Assembly (NCBI RefSeq): GCF_965196625.1
Contig: NZ_OZ239769.1
Coordinates: 660,001 to 692,000, forward strand
Direction: 5' to 3'
Source of the DNA: Candidatus Saccharimonadota bacterium
GTDB lineage: Bacteria; Bacteroidota; Bacteroidia; Cytophagales; Amoebophilaceae
DNA length: 32,000 nucleotides
This document shows positions 8,653 to 16,838 of this stretch, piece after piece. Numbering within the stretch: position 1 is the first letter of the stretch; every line of letters begins with the position of its first letter. Under the pieces are notes generated by a model that did not search any database, was not told the origin of the DNA, and saw only the letters and a program-made list of their open reading frames with translations. A program made the translations under genes and the position numbers.

Positions 8653-9921
8653 ATGTTGAAATTTAGGATTAAAAAATGCTTTTTGTTTATTCTAGTTTGT
8701 GTATTTATTTCGTGTGAGGTTAATCATATATCTAGGCCAGGAGTAGGTAATTCAAAGCCTTTAAAAAGCCAGTCTGTGGATAAAAAGAATCCTGCTTTAG
8801 GTGGAGTTAAACAAATAACAGAAAATCCCGATTTGGCAGAGGTGGCGTTTAACGATGCAGGCAAAGATAAACAGAGCCAACAGGAAACAGCGCGTCAGGA
8901 CATATGTTGTGTGGTAGTACTGTTGCATGGCCTTACTATGCCTTCATCTGAAACGGATAAGATTAAGAAAGGGGTAGAGGAAAAATTTGGTAAAGTTGTT
9001 GAGGTCATTCAGCCAACATGCAGAAAGGGTGTAATATCAGCGCGGCTATCGATAGATAAGCAAGCAGAAATGGTAGTTGAGGAGGTCGAATCAGAATTAT
9101 GTAAAAAATATCTGAAATATTCTAAGAAAGCGCTTAAGGACTTGCCATGGATGATAATTGGCCATAGCCAAGGTGCGGAGGTAGCTATGAATATAGGCTA
9201 TTATTATAGCGATCAACTCAACATTGCAGGTATTATTTCCATTGGTGGACCTCTAACTGGTACAGATGTACTTGAAAATACTAGATCTGATGTAAATGAG
9301 TTTTATGAAAAAGCAGAAAAAGGATTAGAAGTTATAGGCGTAAGCGATTCTAGGTGGTCACAGAAGCGAGCGAAAGCGGCCGCAACAGTGCTCAACAACT
9401 TTTTGTTAAAGCCAGGTGCTGATTGTTTATTGAAAGGTGTAAGTGACATGCGAACAGGTTCTTCATGTAGCCAAAAAATAAAAGAATTTATACGCGACAA
9501 TAAGAATCATAAAAGCAATGCGCATCATATTCCTATATTACTTATAGCTGTTTATATACGTGACTGGAACAAATGTTTTCCTCTTGAAGAGGAACAGGGG
9601 AAGGATGTTGAGGAATTCTTTAAAGTCTATACAAAATTTACTACTCGGCAAGAAAATGGAGCGCATGATTTGCTGATTTCTGTAAAACGTCAGCTCTGTA
9701 GAACAAATAGCTTTGGAAATCTTGCTGCTTCTAAAAATGACCCTGTTTATCCTCTTAACGTAAGCACATATATTCTTGAGGACAAATTACATTGTACCAA
9801 TTTAATGTCCATCACTTCTTTTGTTTCAGTGGCCAATGGAGAACTTTCAGTTAATGCTGAGGAAACTATAGAGGTTATAACAGATTTTATTACAAAAAAT
9901 TTATATACGTTAAGACCATAA
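8653..9921 (+). CDS. Lipoprotein alpha/beta-hydrolase (lipase/esterase, PGAP1/DUF676-like)
   Basis: Lipoprotein signal MLKFRIKKCFLFILVCVFISC|E. Oxyanion-hole-type VVVLLHGL. Nucleophile elbow GHSQG in WMIIGHSQGAEVAM. A following IISIGGPLTGT resembles the TLGTPHxG motif of this lipase class. Confidence 0.6.
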   Translation: MLKFRIKKCFLFILVCVFISCEVNHISRPGVGNSKPLKSQSVDKKNPALGGVKQITENPDLAEVAFNDAGKDKQSQQETARQDICCVVVLLHGLTMPSSETDKIKKGVEEKFGKVVEVIQPTCRKGVISARLSIDKQAEMVVEEVESELCKKYLKYSKKALKDLPWMIIGHSQGAEVAMNIGYYYSDQLNIAGIISIGGPLTGTDVLENTRSDVNEFYEKAEKGLEVIGVSDSRWSQKRAKAAATVLNNFLLKPGADCLLKGVSDMRTGSSCSQKIKEFIRDNKNHKSNAHHIPILLIAVYIRDWNKCFPLEEEQGKDVEEFFKVYTKFTTRQENGAHDLLISVKRQLCRTNSFGNLAASKNDPVYPLNVSTYILEDKLHCTNLMSITSFVSVANGELSVNAEETIEVITDFITKNLYTLRP

Positions 9922-9999
9922 CAACCTTAGCATATAAATGGCTTATTCATTTGTGTAAGTCTATTAAAAAGCTTAAATTGCCTCTCCTTGAATTATGTT

Positions 10000-10072
10000 G
10001 GTGATGTAGCTCAGTCGGTAGAGCATCGGACTGAAAATCCGTGGGCCGGAGGTTCGAGTCCTCTCATCACCA
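10000..10072 (+). tRNA. tRNA-Phe: tRNA-Phe (anticodon GAA), CCA not encoded
   Basis: Hand-folded cloverleaf: acceptor GGTGATG/CATCACC, D arm GCTC-AGTCGGTA-GAGC, anticodon loop CT-GAA-AA, T arm GGAGG-TTCGAGT-CCTCT, discriminator A. Total 73 nt. Confidence 0.93.
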
Positions 10073-10120
10073 CTTTATGCTCTATAATTTCAGCTTAGCG
10101 CTATTTTTATCCATACAAAG

Positions 10121-13100
10121 ATGTTCAATCGACTTTTTGCTAAATTTTTTACTTCGAAAAAAGAAAAACAATACCGTTTTTACAATCAAAAAGTAGCTGA
10201 GGTCAATGCGCTATATCAGTTGTTGCAACCGCTTTCCCATGATCAATTGCGGGAAGAGGTTACATCTATTCGCAAAGAGATCGCCGCGCACCTACAGCCT
10301 ATTACATCTGAGATGGAAGCACTCAATAGGCCCATGGAGGCCTCATCAATCGATGCTTTGGCTACCGTTCACGAAAGGGCCGACCGGTATAAGCGGTTGG
10401 AGCAGTTAACCAAACAACACAAAGCAGCCTTGGCCGTCATTTTAGATCAGGTATTGCCGCGTGTTTTTGCCATTGTAAAAGAAACCGCTCGCCGCTTTAG
10501 GGATTATAGCCAGTTAAGCGTTGCGGTTAATGCGCATGATGAAGCGATTGCCGCTTATAGGCCTTATGTGACCATAGCGCAGGATCAAGCTATTTGGCAA
10601 AATCAATGGCAAGTAAGTGGGCGCATGGTGGTTTGGGAAATGGTTCATTACGATGTGCAATTGATAGGCGGGATGGTCTTACATCAAGGTAAAATAGCTG
10701 AAATGGCTACTGGGGAGGGTAAGACCTTGATTACCACTTTAGCGGCCTTTTTAAATGCATTAAGCAATCAAGGCGTTCATGTGGTTACCGTAAATGACTA
10801 TTTGGCCAGGCGGGATGCAGAATGGATGGCACCTATTTTTGAGTTTCATGGTTTTACCGTTGACTGTATAGATAGCTATGCTGCCTATTCTGTTGAGCGG
10901 CAGCGCGCCTATCAGGCGGATATTATCTTTGGCACCAATAATGAGTTTGGTTTTGATTATCTAAGGGATAATATGGTAACCGATGCCAGTGATTTGGTAC
11001 AGCGTGCCCACTATTTTGCCATTGTAGATGAAGTGGACTCTGTACTTATTGATGATGCCAGAACCCCCCTTATTATTTCAGGTCCTGTAGAAGAGAGTGA
11101 TGAGCATATTTATAAAGAGTTGGCTGCTAAAATTGCACAGCTTTATACGCTACAAAAGGAGCTGGTTATTAAGCTCCTACAAGAAGCAAAGCAAAAAATA
11201 AAAGAAAACAATATAGAGGAGGGAGGATTAGCCCTTTTTCGTGCCTATAGGGGATTGCCTAAGTATAAGCCTTTGATTAAATTCCTTAGTGAAAAAGGTA
11301 TGCGTCAGATTCTAGATAGTGTAGAGTCGTATTACATACAGGAAAATGCTAAGATGATGCCTGAAGCAGATCAGCCTCTTTTCTTTGCCATTGATGAGCG
11401 CCATAACAATGTTGAAATCACCGAAAAAGGGCTAACCTATTTAACAGAGCAAGAAAAAGATACCTCTTTTTTTGTATTGCCAGACGTAGCAGCCCACATT
11501 GCAGCCATTGAGAATGACACCACTTTAACCCATGAAGAAAGCATTGCCAAGCGTTCTTATTTCCAACAAACCTATAAGGTAAAAGCACAACGCATTCATG
11601 CCTTGCATCAGTTGTTAAAAGCCTATGCGCTATTTGAAAAAGATGTGGCCTATATTGTTGCCAAGGGTAAGGTCAAAATTGTAGATGAACAAACCGGTCG
11701 GGTATTGGATGGCCGTAGATATTCAGATGGCCTCCATCAAGCTTTAGAAGCAAAAGAAGGGGTGAAGATTGAAAAACCTTCTCAAACCTATGCCTCTATT
11801 ACCCTGCAAAGCTATTTCCATATGTATGATAAATTGGCTGGTATGACTGGTACAGCGGAGACCGATGCCGAGGAGTTTTGGGATATTTATGGTCTTGCTG
11901 TAGTACCTATTCCTACCCATAGGCCACTCTTACGGGAAGATAGAGAAGATAAAATTTACAAAACAGTACGGGAAAAGTTTAATGCCATTATCGAAGAAAT
12001 TGGCACCTTATCTGCCCAAGGAAGACCTGTTTTGGTGGGTACTACTTCGGTAGAAATATCTGAATTGGTGAGTAAAATGCTTGCTTTTCGCAAAATTCCT
12101 CATCAAATCTTAAATGCAAAACATCATCAAAAAGAAGCGGAAATCGTAGCACAAGCTGGTGTAGCGGGTACGGTTACCATTGCCACCAATATGGCCGGTC
12201 GTGGTACCGATATTAAACTGGATCAGGCTTCAAAAGCAGCTGGTGGGCTGGCCATTATTGGCACAGAGCGTCATGAATCAAGACGTGTAGATCGGCAGTT
12301 GCGCGGCCGTTCTGGAAGGCAGGGCGATCCCGGTTCTTCTCAGTTTTTTCTTTCCTTAGAAGATAGTTTAATGCGGCTCTTTGGTTCTGATCGAATTGCG
12401 GTTATCATGGATCGAATTGGCTTAGAAGAAGGCGAGGTCATTCAACACAGCATGGTGAGTAGGTCTATCGAAAGGGCACAAAAAAAAGTAGAGCAGAATA
12501 ACTTTGCTATGCGCAAGCGTTTGTTGGAGTATGACCGTGAAATGGGCACCCATCGTGGTGCGGTTTATCAGCGGCGGAATCATGCTTTATTAGGCAAGGG
12601 CGTTGAGGTGGATATTATGAATATGCTCTACGATACGGTGACCAATATTATAGAGCATGAAGATAGTAAACTAGAAGCCAGTTTTCTCAATCCAATTTTT
12701 GCTGCTGTATTTGGTATGTCAGATGGCTTTTCAGCCTCCTTTTTTGAAGGAAAAAAGAAAGAAGTGCTTATAGAGGATATCTATCAGCAGTTGGTAAAGC
12801 TATATGCCGAACGCACTACAAGATTGCAGGAGGTGTTGTTTACCTATTTTAAACAGCCTATTTTCAGCAGCAGTAATGGCTTTGAAGCTCCTTTTTTTGA
12901 TGGTAAAATATACATTAGAGCCACTGCTTACGCTGCTGACTTTATCGATACGCAGGGAAGTGCGTTGGTTAAAAATTTAGAATGCATGGTTATTCTTCAT
13001 GTAATTGATCAACATTGGAAAAGCCATTTGCGCGTTATGGATGATTTAAAGCAATCGGTTCAAAATGCGATTTATGAAAGACAAGATCCTATTATCACTT

Positions 13101-13243
13101 TTAAGTTTGAAGCCTACCACTTGTTTAGAAAGTTCATGGCCACTGTAAGCCAAGAAATTATTTCTTTCTTGTTTCATGCACCTCTTTATGTACAATTGCC
13201 ATTAAAGAGCGCTGAAGCAGACCAATCAGGTAAAAAAGGGTAG
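10121..13243 (+). CDS. secA: Preprotein translocase ATPase SecA (long Bacteroidota type)
   Basis: Walker A region MATGEGKTL, DEAD-like IVDEVDSVLIDDARTPLIISG, and TNMAGRGTDIKL...LAIIGTERHESRRVDRQLRGRSGRQGDPGSS. Confidence 0.97.
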   Translation: MFNRLFAKFFTSKKEKQYRFYNQKVAEVNALYQLLQPLSHDQLREEVTSIRKEIAAHLQPITSEMEALNRPMEASSIDALATVHERADRYKRLEQLTKQHKAALAVILDQVLPRVFAIVKETARRFRDYSQLSVAVNAHDEAIAAYRPYVTIAQDQAIWQNQWQVSGRMVVWEMVHYDVQLIGGMVLHQGKIAEMATGEGKTLITTLAAFLNALSNQGVHVVTVNDYLARRDAEWMAPIFEFHGFTVDCIDSYAAYSVERQRAYQADIIFGTNNEFGFDYLRDNMVTDASDLVQRAHYFAIVDEVDSVLIDDARTPLIISGPVEESDEHIYKELAAKIAQLYTLQKELVIKLLQEAKQKIKENNIEEGGLALFRAYRGLPKYKPLIKFLSEKGMRQILDSVESYYIQENAKMMPEADQPLFFAIDERHNNVEITEKGLTYLTEQEKDTSFFVLPDVAAHIAAIENDTTLTHEESIAKRSYFQQTYKVKAQRIHALHQLLKAYALFEKDVAYIVAKGKVKIVDEQTGRVLDGRRYSDGLHQALEAKEGVKIEKPSQTYASITLQSYFHMYDKLAGMTGTAETDAEEFWDIYGLAVVPIPTHRPLLREDREDKIYKTVREKFNAIIEEIGTLSAQGRPVLVGTTSVEISELVSKMLAFRKIPHQILNAKHHQKEAEIVAQAGVAGTVTIATNMAGRGTDIKLDQASKAAGGLAIIGTERHESRRVDRQLRGRSGRQGDPGSSQFFLSLEDSLMRLFGSDRIAVIMDRIGLEEGEVIQHSMVSRSIERAQKKVEQNNFAMRKRLLEYDREMGTHRGAVYQRRNHALLGKGVEVDIMNMLYDTVTNIIEHEDSKLEASFLNPIFAAVFGMSDGFSASFFEGKKKEVLIEDIYQQLVKLYAERTTRLQEVLFTYFKQPIFSSSNGFEAPFFDGKIYIRATAYAADFIDTQGSALVKNLECMVILHVIDQHWKSHLRVMDDLKQSVQNAIYERQDPIITFKFEAYHLFRKFMATVSQEIISFLFHAPLYVQLPLKSAEADQSGKKG

Positions 13244-13262
13244 CGCATTGCTTTTAAAGCAA

Positions 13263-13300
13263 GTTATTGTATTGGTTTAATACAATAACGAATGGTTTTT
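13263..13300 (+). terminator. Candidate rho-independent terminator of secA
   Basis: Perfect 11-bp stem: GTTATTGTATT (13263..13273) pairs with AATACAATAAC (13279..13289), loop GGTTT. A T5 run lies at 13296..13300. Confidence 0.5.
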
Positions 13301-13302
13301 AA

Positions 13303-13560
13303 ACTTATTTAATAAAACACCCTCCCCTACATTTAGCTGTAGCATTAGGCAATGTCAAAGCAGCTGAAGAGATTTTGAATCGTCATAACATTGATGTTAA
13401 TCAACCTTACAGTGTTACACTCACTGATAAAATGGTAACACCGCTTGAATTGGCAGTTGAAAACATAGATCTAAAAATGGTTGGAAACGCTGTTAGAAGA
13501 TAAACGTGTTGACCCAAACTTAACCAGCTCCAACAATGCAGGGGATTGCTGTCCATGTAG
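13303..13560 (+). pseudogene. Ankyrin-repeat gene relic (no start codon, internal frameshift)
   Basis: One frame reads ...HPPLHLAVALGNVKAAEEILNRHNIDVNQPYSVTLTDKMVTPLELAVENIDLKMV then hits a stop at 13501. The ANK consensus continues in the next frame (..ETLLEDKRVDPNLTSSNNAGD). No ATG/GTG/TTG start follows the upstream stop at 13300. Confidence 0.7.
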
Positions 13561-13596
13561 CATTTTGCGTCAATGTAAAGCGCTAATGGCCGCTTA

Positions 13597-13646
13597 TTAC
13601 TTTTTACTGCGTGCCAACTTTTTATCGGCGGCCATGGGCGATGGAG
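13597..13646 (+). repeat. Dispersed repeat family A, copy 2 (5' half only)
   Basis: TTACTTTTTACTGCGTGCCAACTTTTTATCGGCGGCCATGGGCGATGGAG matches the reverse complement of 1411..1460 and also 28577..28610. Confidence 0.7.
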
Positions 13647-13666
13647 GGTGGAAAGACTATAAAATT

Positions 13667-13683
13667 AGCCCGCTACGCGGGCT
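13667..13683 (-). terminator. Candidate terminator of the Hc1-like gene
   Basis: 7-bp GC-rich stem AGCCCGC/GCGGGCT with a 3-nt loop, 31 nt downstream of the stop on the minus strand. It is followed on that strand by AATTTTAT. Confidence 0.45.
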
Positions 13684-13713
13684 TCAAACTGATGATTTAC
13701 TTTCAATTACTGG

Positions 13714-13923
13714 TTAAACCTGTTTGCCATCTGAACCTTTTAGATCATCCTTAGACGCTTTGGACTCCGAAACATGCGCTCGAATTTCTTGCGCAATTTT
13801 TTTTAACGTTTGCATACCCTTACGAACCCTGGTTCCAGCTGCTTTATTCTCTTTCTCATAGAATTTGTGAAACTCATCTTCTAATGAAAGTATTAATGTT
13901 TTTAATTCTTCAAATCGATTCAT
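13714..13923 (-). CDS. Histone H1-like nucleoid protein (Hc1 family), 69 aa
   Basis: KENKAAGTRVRKGMQTLKKIAQEIRAHVSESK parallels the chlamydial Hc1 core KGNKAAAQRVRTESIKLEKIAKVYRKES. Small, basic and helical. Confidence 0.7.
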   Translation of the reverse strand: MNRFEELKTLILSLEDEFHKFYEKENKAAGTRVRKGMQTLKKIAQEIRAHVSESKASKDDLKGSDGKQV

Positions 13924-14336
13924 GATATAATAATTAATCGTGCCTATTTATGCTTGCTAGATTTTACCTAGCTTTCTTTTTTTATGAATCTAATCATTTT
14001 TTATCACATTGTTCTGATCTTTCTTTAAATTTTAAACCTTTTTTTGTCACTTCGCTTTGAATACTAACCAGTAGCATTGTTGTAATGCCTGTTTTAGCAG
14101 CTCACTAATTCATATCATTTATCTATTTTATATTCCACTATAATTTTTAAAAATGCGTTAATCTTCTGTGCTTTCTATAGCTTTTTGATCAGATTTAATG
14201 CAATATAGCATCCTTTTCAAGATGGAGCGGGTTGAAAGTATTGCTAAATATAAAATTAAATACCATGGTAATAAATGGTTAACTATCTAGTATACTTACT
14301 GGCAAGCAATTATATTAAAAACAGAAATATTGTATT

Positions 14337-14483
14337 ATGCGCACAGAACATTTCATTATTTGGCGTTTGGTGGTAATCTTTATTTTATTTAATCTTTCAG
14401 CATGCTCTTTAGGCCATAAGGTTTGTATGGGCACGCTCAGTAGTTTTAGCGGGAGCAATAGTAGTGAAGACTTTGGTGGATAA
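14337..14483 (+). CDS. Possible small lipoprotein ORF (48 aa), or the N-terminus of a frameshifted gene
   Basis: MRTEHFIIWRLVVIFILFNLSAC|SLGHK has a positive n-region, a hydrophobic core and an LSAC lipobox. It ends at TAA 14481 and overlaps the next ORF in another frame. Confidence 0.3.
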   Translation: MRTEHFIIWRLVVIFILFNLSACSLGHKVCMGTLSSFSGSNSSEDFGG

Positions 14484-14808
14484 GTGTTCTTTAATAAAAG
14501 GTGTAAAAAAACCAGAAGAAAAAAAAGCAAAAACGAAAGAGGAAAAAAATGCAGAGCATGCTGAGATAGTTGGTGCAGTAGTGGCATTTCCGCCTGCATT
14601 AGCTGCTGGATCTGCTGCTATGGTATCTGCAATAGAGATTTTAGGTGCATCATCCATCACACCGCTAATAGGCCTAACGGTGTTCCCACTTATAGGGGGA
14701 CTTTTTATAGGAGGTCCACTAATCATAGCCGGCGCATGGGCAGGCCATAAGATCTATAAGGTATGTCAGAAGCGGAATAATAAGGATTGTAAGCCTGATT
14801 TTAGATAA
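14464..14808 (+). CDS. Hypothetical Gly/Ala-rich membrane protein
   Basis: GTG start. A Lys/Glu-rich stretch (KKPEEKKAKTKEEK) is followed by two hydrophobic Gly-rich segments (IVGAVVAFPPALAAGSAAMVSAI, LIGLTVFPLIGGLFIGGPLIIAGAWAG). No family recognised. Confidence 0.4.
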   Translation: MKTLVDKCSLIKGVKKPEEKKAKTKEEKNAEHAEIVGAVVAFPPALAAGSAAMVSAIEILGASSITPLIGLTVFPLIGGLFIGGPLIIAGAWAGHKIYKVCQKRNNKDCKPDFR

Positions 14809-14842
14809 AAAGCTTGTGCTGAAATAGATACTAAGCATCTAT

Positions 14843-15325
14843 TCAGTGCGCATTTTTTAAAAAATGCGCTATTGCTGCTAATTTTTCATCTGACTCCCGT
14901 TCTGCATCGTGAGAGGAAATGTAGCCAGGGTATCTATCGAACTTAGTTTTAATCGTACTTGCTATCCTCTTCCAACTATCCCCCTTCGTTCCATGCAGCG
15001 GGATTAATTTAGCGTGCAGATGGTTGACACCATATCCTTCAAATACAAGGGCTGTTCGCTCAACGGTTGAAAATTTATGGACCAATAGGTCAGATACTTG
15101 CTTAGCGGCTGCCATTAACCCATTGATCTCTTCTGAGGCATGATCAAAAATATAGCTACTTAGGTGGTGTTTAGGGATTACCACTGTAAACCCTTCTGTA
15201 TTAGGGAATATAGACAAAAAGGCCATATATGTTCCATTTTCCCATATTTTATGACAAGGCGCTCGCCCAGCTGCGATCTCGCAAAAAATACAGCTTTGTA
15301 CGGATAGATGAGTAGCCATTTCCAT
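14843..15325 (-). CDS. HIT-family (histidine triad) nucleotide hydrolase
   Basis: N-terminal CIFCEIAAGRAPCHKIWENGTYMAFLSIFP and the histidine triad in GYGVNHLHAKLIPLH. Confidence 0.85.
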   Translation of the reverse strand: MEMATHLSVQSCIFCEIAAGRAPCHKIWENGTYMAFLSIFPNTEGFTVVIPKHHLSSYIFDHASEEINGLMAAAKQVSDLLVHKFSTVERTALVFEGYGVNHLHAKLIPLHGTKGDSWKRIASTIKTKFDRYPGYISSHDAERESDEKLAAIAHFLKNAH

Positions 15326-15475
15326 AGTATTTTAATTATGCTTGTTTGCAATCACTCTAAAATAAAGATTATCAAGCGTTTAGGTTGTATGAGATCTATT
15401 TAATTTTAGTCAAAAAATCTAAATAAACCAAGCCTATGGTCAGCCTTAAGATCATAGAAGCAGACATTAGCTGTT

Positions 15476-16594
15476 TTAATGCATGTTATGGCCTGAAGCG
15501 TTATCCTGTTGGCAGGTGGCATTTTGGACGGCCACTTGTTGCGCTAACCTTTCAGCAATTTTGTTAAAAGGCATAATGGTTGCATCAGGTATGGTACCCA
15601 AGTCTCCCTGTTGGCAAATCATTGTAAGCAGTGGAACTTGCCCTAAAAAGGGTATAGCTGCTTTTTCTGCTAGTAGTTTGCCGCCATCTTTTCCAAAGAT
15701 ATAGTGGCGGTTGTTTGTCTTTTCTTTGTCTACCAGGAAATAAGACATATTTTCTATTAAACCTAAAATGGGGACCTTAATCTGTTCTTTTTGAAACATA
15801 GCCATCGCCTTTATGGCATCTATTAATGCAATATTGTGTGGTGTGGTAACGATTACAGCGCCTGTAATGGAAAGGGTTTGCACGAGTGTAAGGTGAATGT
15901 CACTGGTTCCGGGGGGAAGATCGATTAATAAATAATCTAATGTACCCCAATTTGTATCTTGTAATAATTGCTTAAAAGCGGCACTGGCCATAGGTCCACG
16001 CCATACAATGGCCTCTTCCCTATTCGATAAAAAGCCAATAGAAAGCAATTTTACATTATGGCGGCTTATCGGCATAATCAAATGCTTTCCTCCCTCTTTC
16101 ACCACAGTTGGTTTCATGGTTTGGCAACCCCACATGGTAGGAATAGATGGCCCAAATATATCCGCATCTAACAGCCCTACCGCTGCACCATGGTTGGATA
16201 GCGCAAGTGCCAAATGCGTGGCAATTGTAGACTTGCCAACGCCACCCTTTCCAGAAGCAATAGCAATAATATTTTTGACACCAGGCAGTATAGAGGAGGC
16301 AGATCGTCCTGAAGTGACTTTTGATGTAAACTTAATTACAATTTCAAAATCATCTTTTACCTGGTCACGAATGGCTTGTATACAGGCCTGTTTTATTACT
16401 TCTTGTAACGGGCAAGCAGGCGTGGTAAGTATAATCGTAAAAGAAATGGTAGTGCCATCTATCTCCAGCGCATCAACCATTCCCAGGGAGACTAGATCTT
16501 TCTTTAAGTCAGGATCATCTACCTTACCTAAAGCTGCTAATACCTTTTTTTTTAATGTGCCCATAATGGCCTGTTTTGCTTCAATTATATTCAT
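15476..16594 (-). CDS. mrp: Fe-S cluster carrier ATPase Mrp/ApbC (NBP35 family)
   Basis: DUF59/MIP18-like N-domain (DDPDLKKDLVSLGMV...TTPACPL), a deviant Walker A (IAIASGKGGVGKSTIA), and LIDLPPGTSD. The ATG at 16594 (MNIIEAKQ...) is preferred because the 14 upstream codons lie in a repeat arm. Confidence 0.9.
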   Translation of the reverse strand: MNIIEAKQAIMGTLKKKVLAALGKVDDPDLKKDLVSLGMVDALEIDGTTISFTIILTTPACPLQEVIKQACIQAIRDQVKDDFEIVIKFTSKVTSGRSASSILPGVKNIIAIASGKGGVGKSTIATHLALALSNHGAAVGLLDADIFGPSIPTMWGCQTMKPTVVKEGGKHLIMPISRHNVKLLSIGFLSNREEAIVWRGPMASAAFKQLLQDTNWGTLDYLLIDLPPGTSDIHLTLVQTLSITGAVIVTTPHNIALIDAIKAMAMFQKEQIKVPILGLIENMSYFLVDKEKTNNRHYIFGKDGGKLLAEKAAIPFLGQVPLLTMICQQGDLGTIPDATIMPFNKIAERLAQQVAVQNATCQQDNASGHNMH

Positions 16595-16602
16595 GTAACC
16601 AT

Positions 16603-16746
16603 TAGACCTCTTGCATAAGCTATTTATGATCAGCAATTTTTAGGAGAAACGCAGTCGAGCACCGCAGAATACTACATGTATTTGAGGAGTATAGACAAGC
16701 TTCGACACCAAAATGGCCATTAGAAATAGGTTATGCAAGAGGTCTA
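16603..16746. repeat. MITE-like element (repeat family B, copy 1) with perfect 16-bp terminal inverted repeats
   Basis: TAGACCTCTTGCATAA (16603..16618) and TTATGCAAGAGGTCTA (16731..16746) are exact reverse complements, 112 bp apart. The internal segment CATGTATTTGAGGAGTATAGACAAGCTTCGACA (16675..16707) recurs at 23712..23744. Confidence 0.7.
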
Positions 16747-16838
16747 TTGATGCGTTATGCGTGGTCAATAACCCCCTAATTTATACAAATTAACTGATAA
16801 ATATTGGTATCTTTTTATGCAATGGTGGTTTTGTTTAC

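Noticed and set aside
13481-13717. 78-aa ORF (METLLEDKRVDPNL...)
   Set aside because: It has a TTG start, its first third is the out-of-frame continuation of an ankyrin relic, and the rest reads through repeat family A and the Hc1 terminator hairpin. I treated it as pseudogene plus repeat rather than a gene.
14315-14726. Minus-strand ORFs 14315..14599 and 14409..14726
   Set aside because: They are low-complexity translations of a purine/pyrimidine-skewed region. They overlap each other and the more plausible plus-strand signal-peptide and Gly-rich ORFs.
15483-16598. Plus-strand ORFs 15483..15704 (73 aa) and 16008..16598 (196 aa)
   Set aside because: They are entirely antisense to the well-supported mrp/apbC gene and have no recognisable motifs. 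These are typical shadow ORFs.
16595-16636. 14-codon N-terminal extension of mrp (MLIINSLCKRSNGY)
   Set aside because: It is encoded by the left terminal inverted repeat of the MITE-like element. The Mrp homology starts at MNIIEAKQ (ATG 16594).
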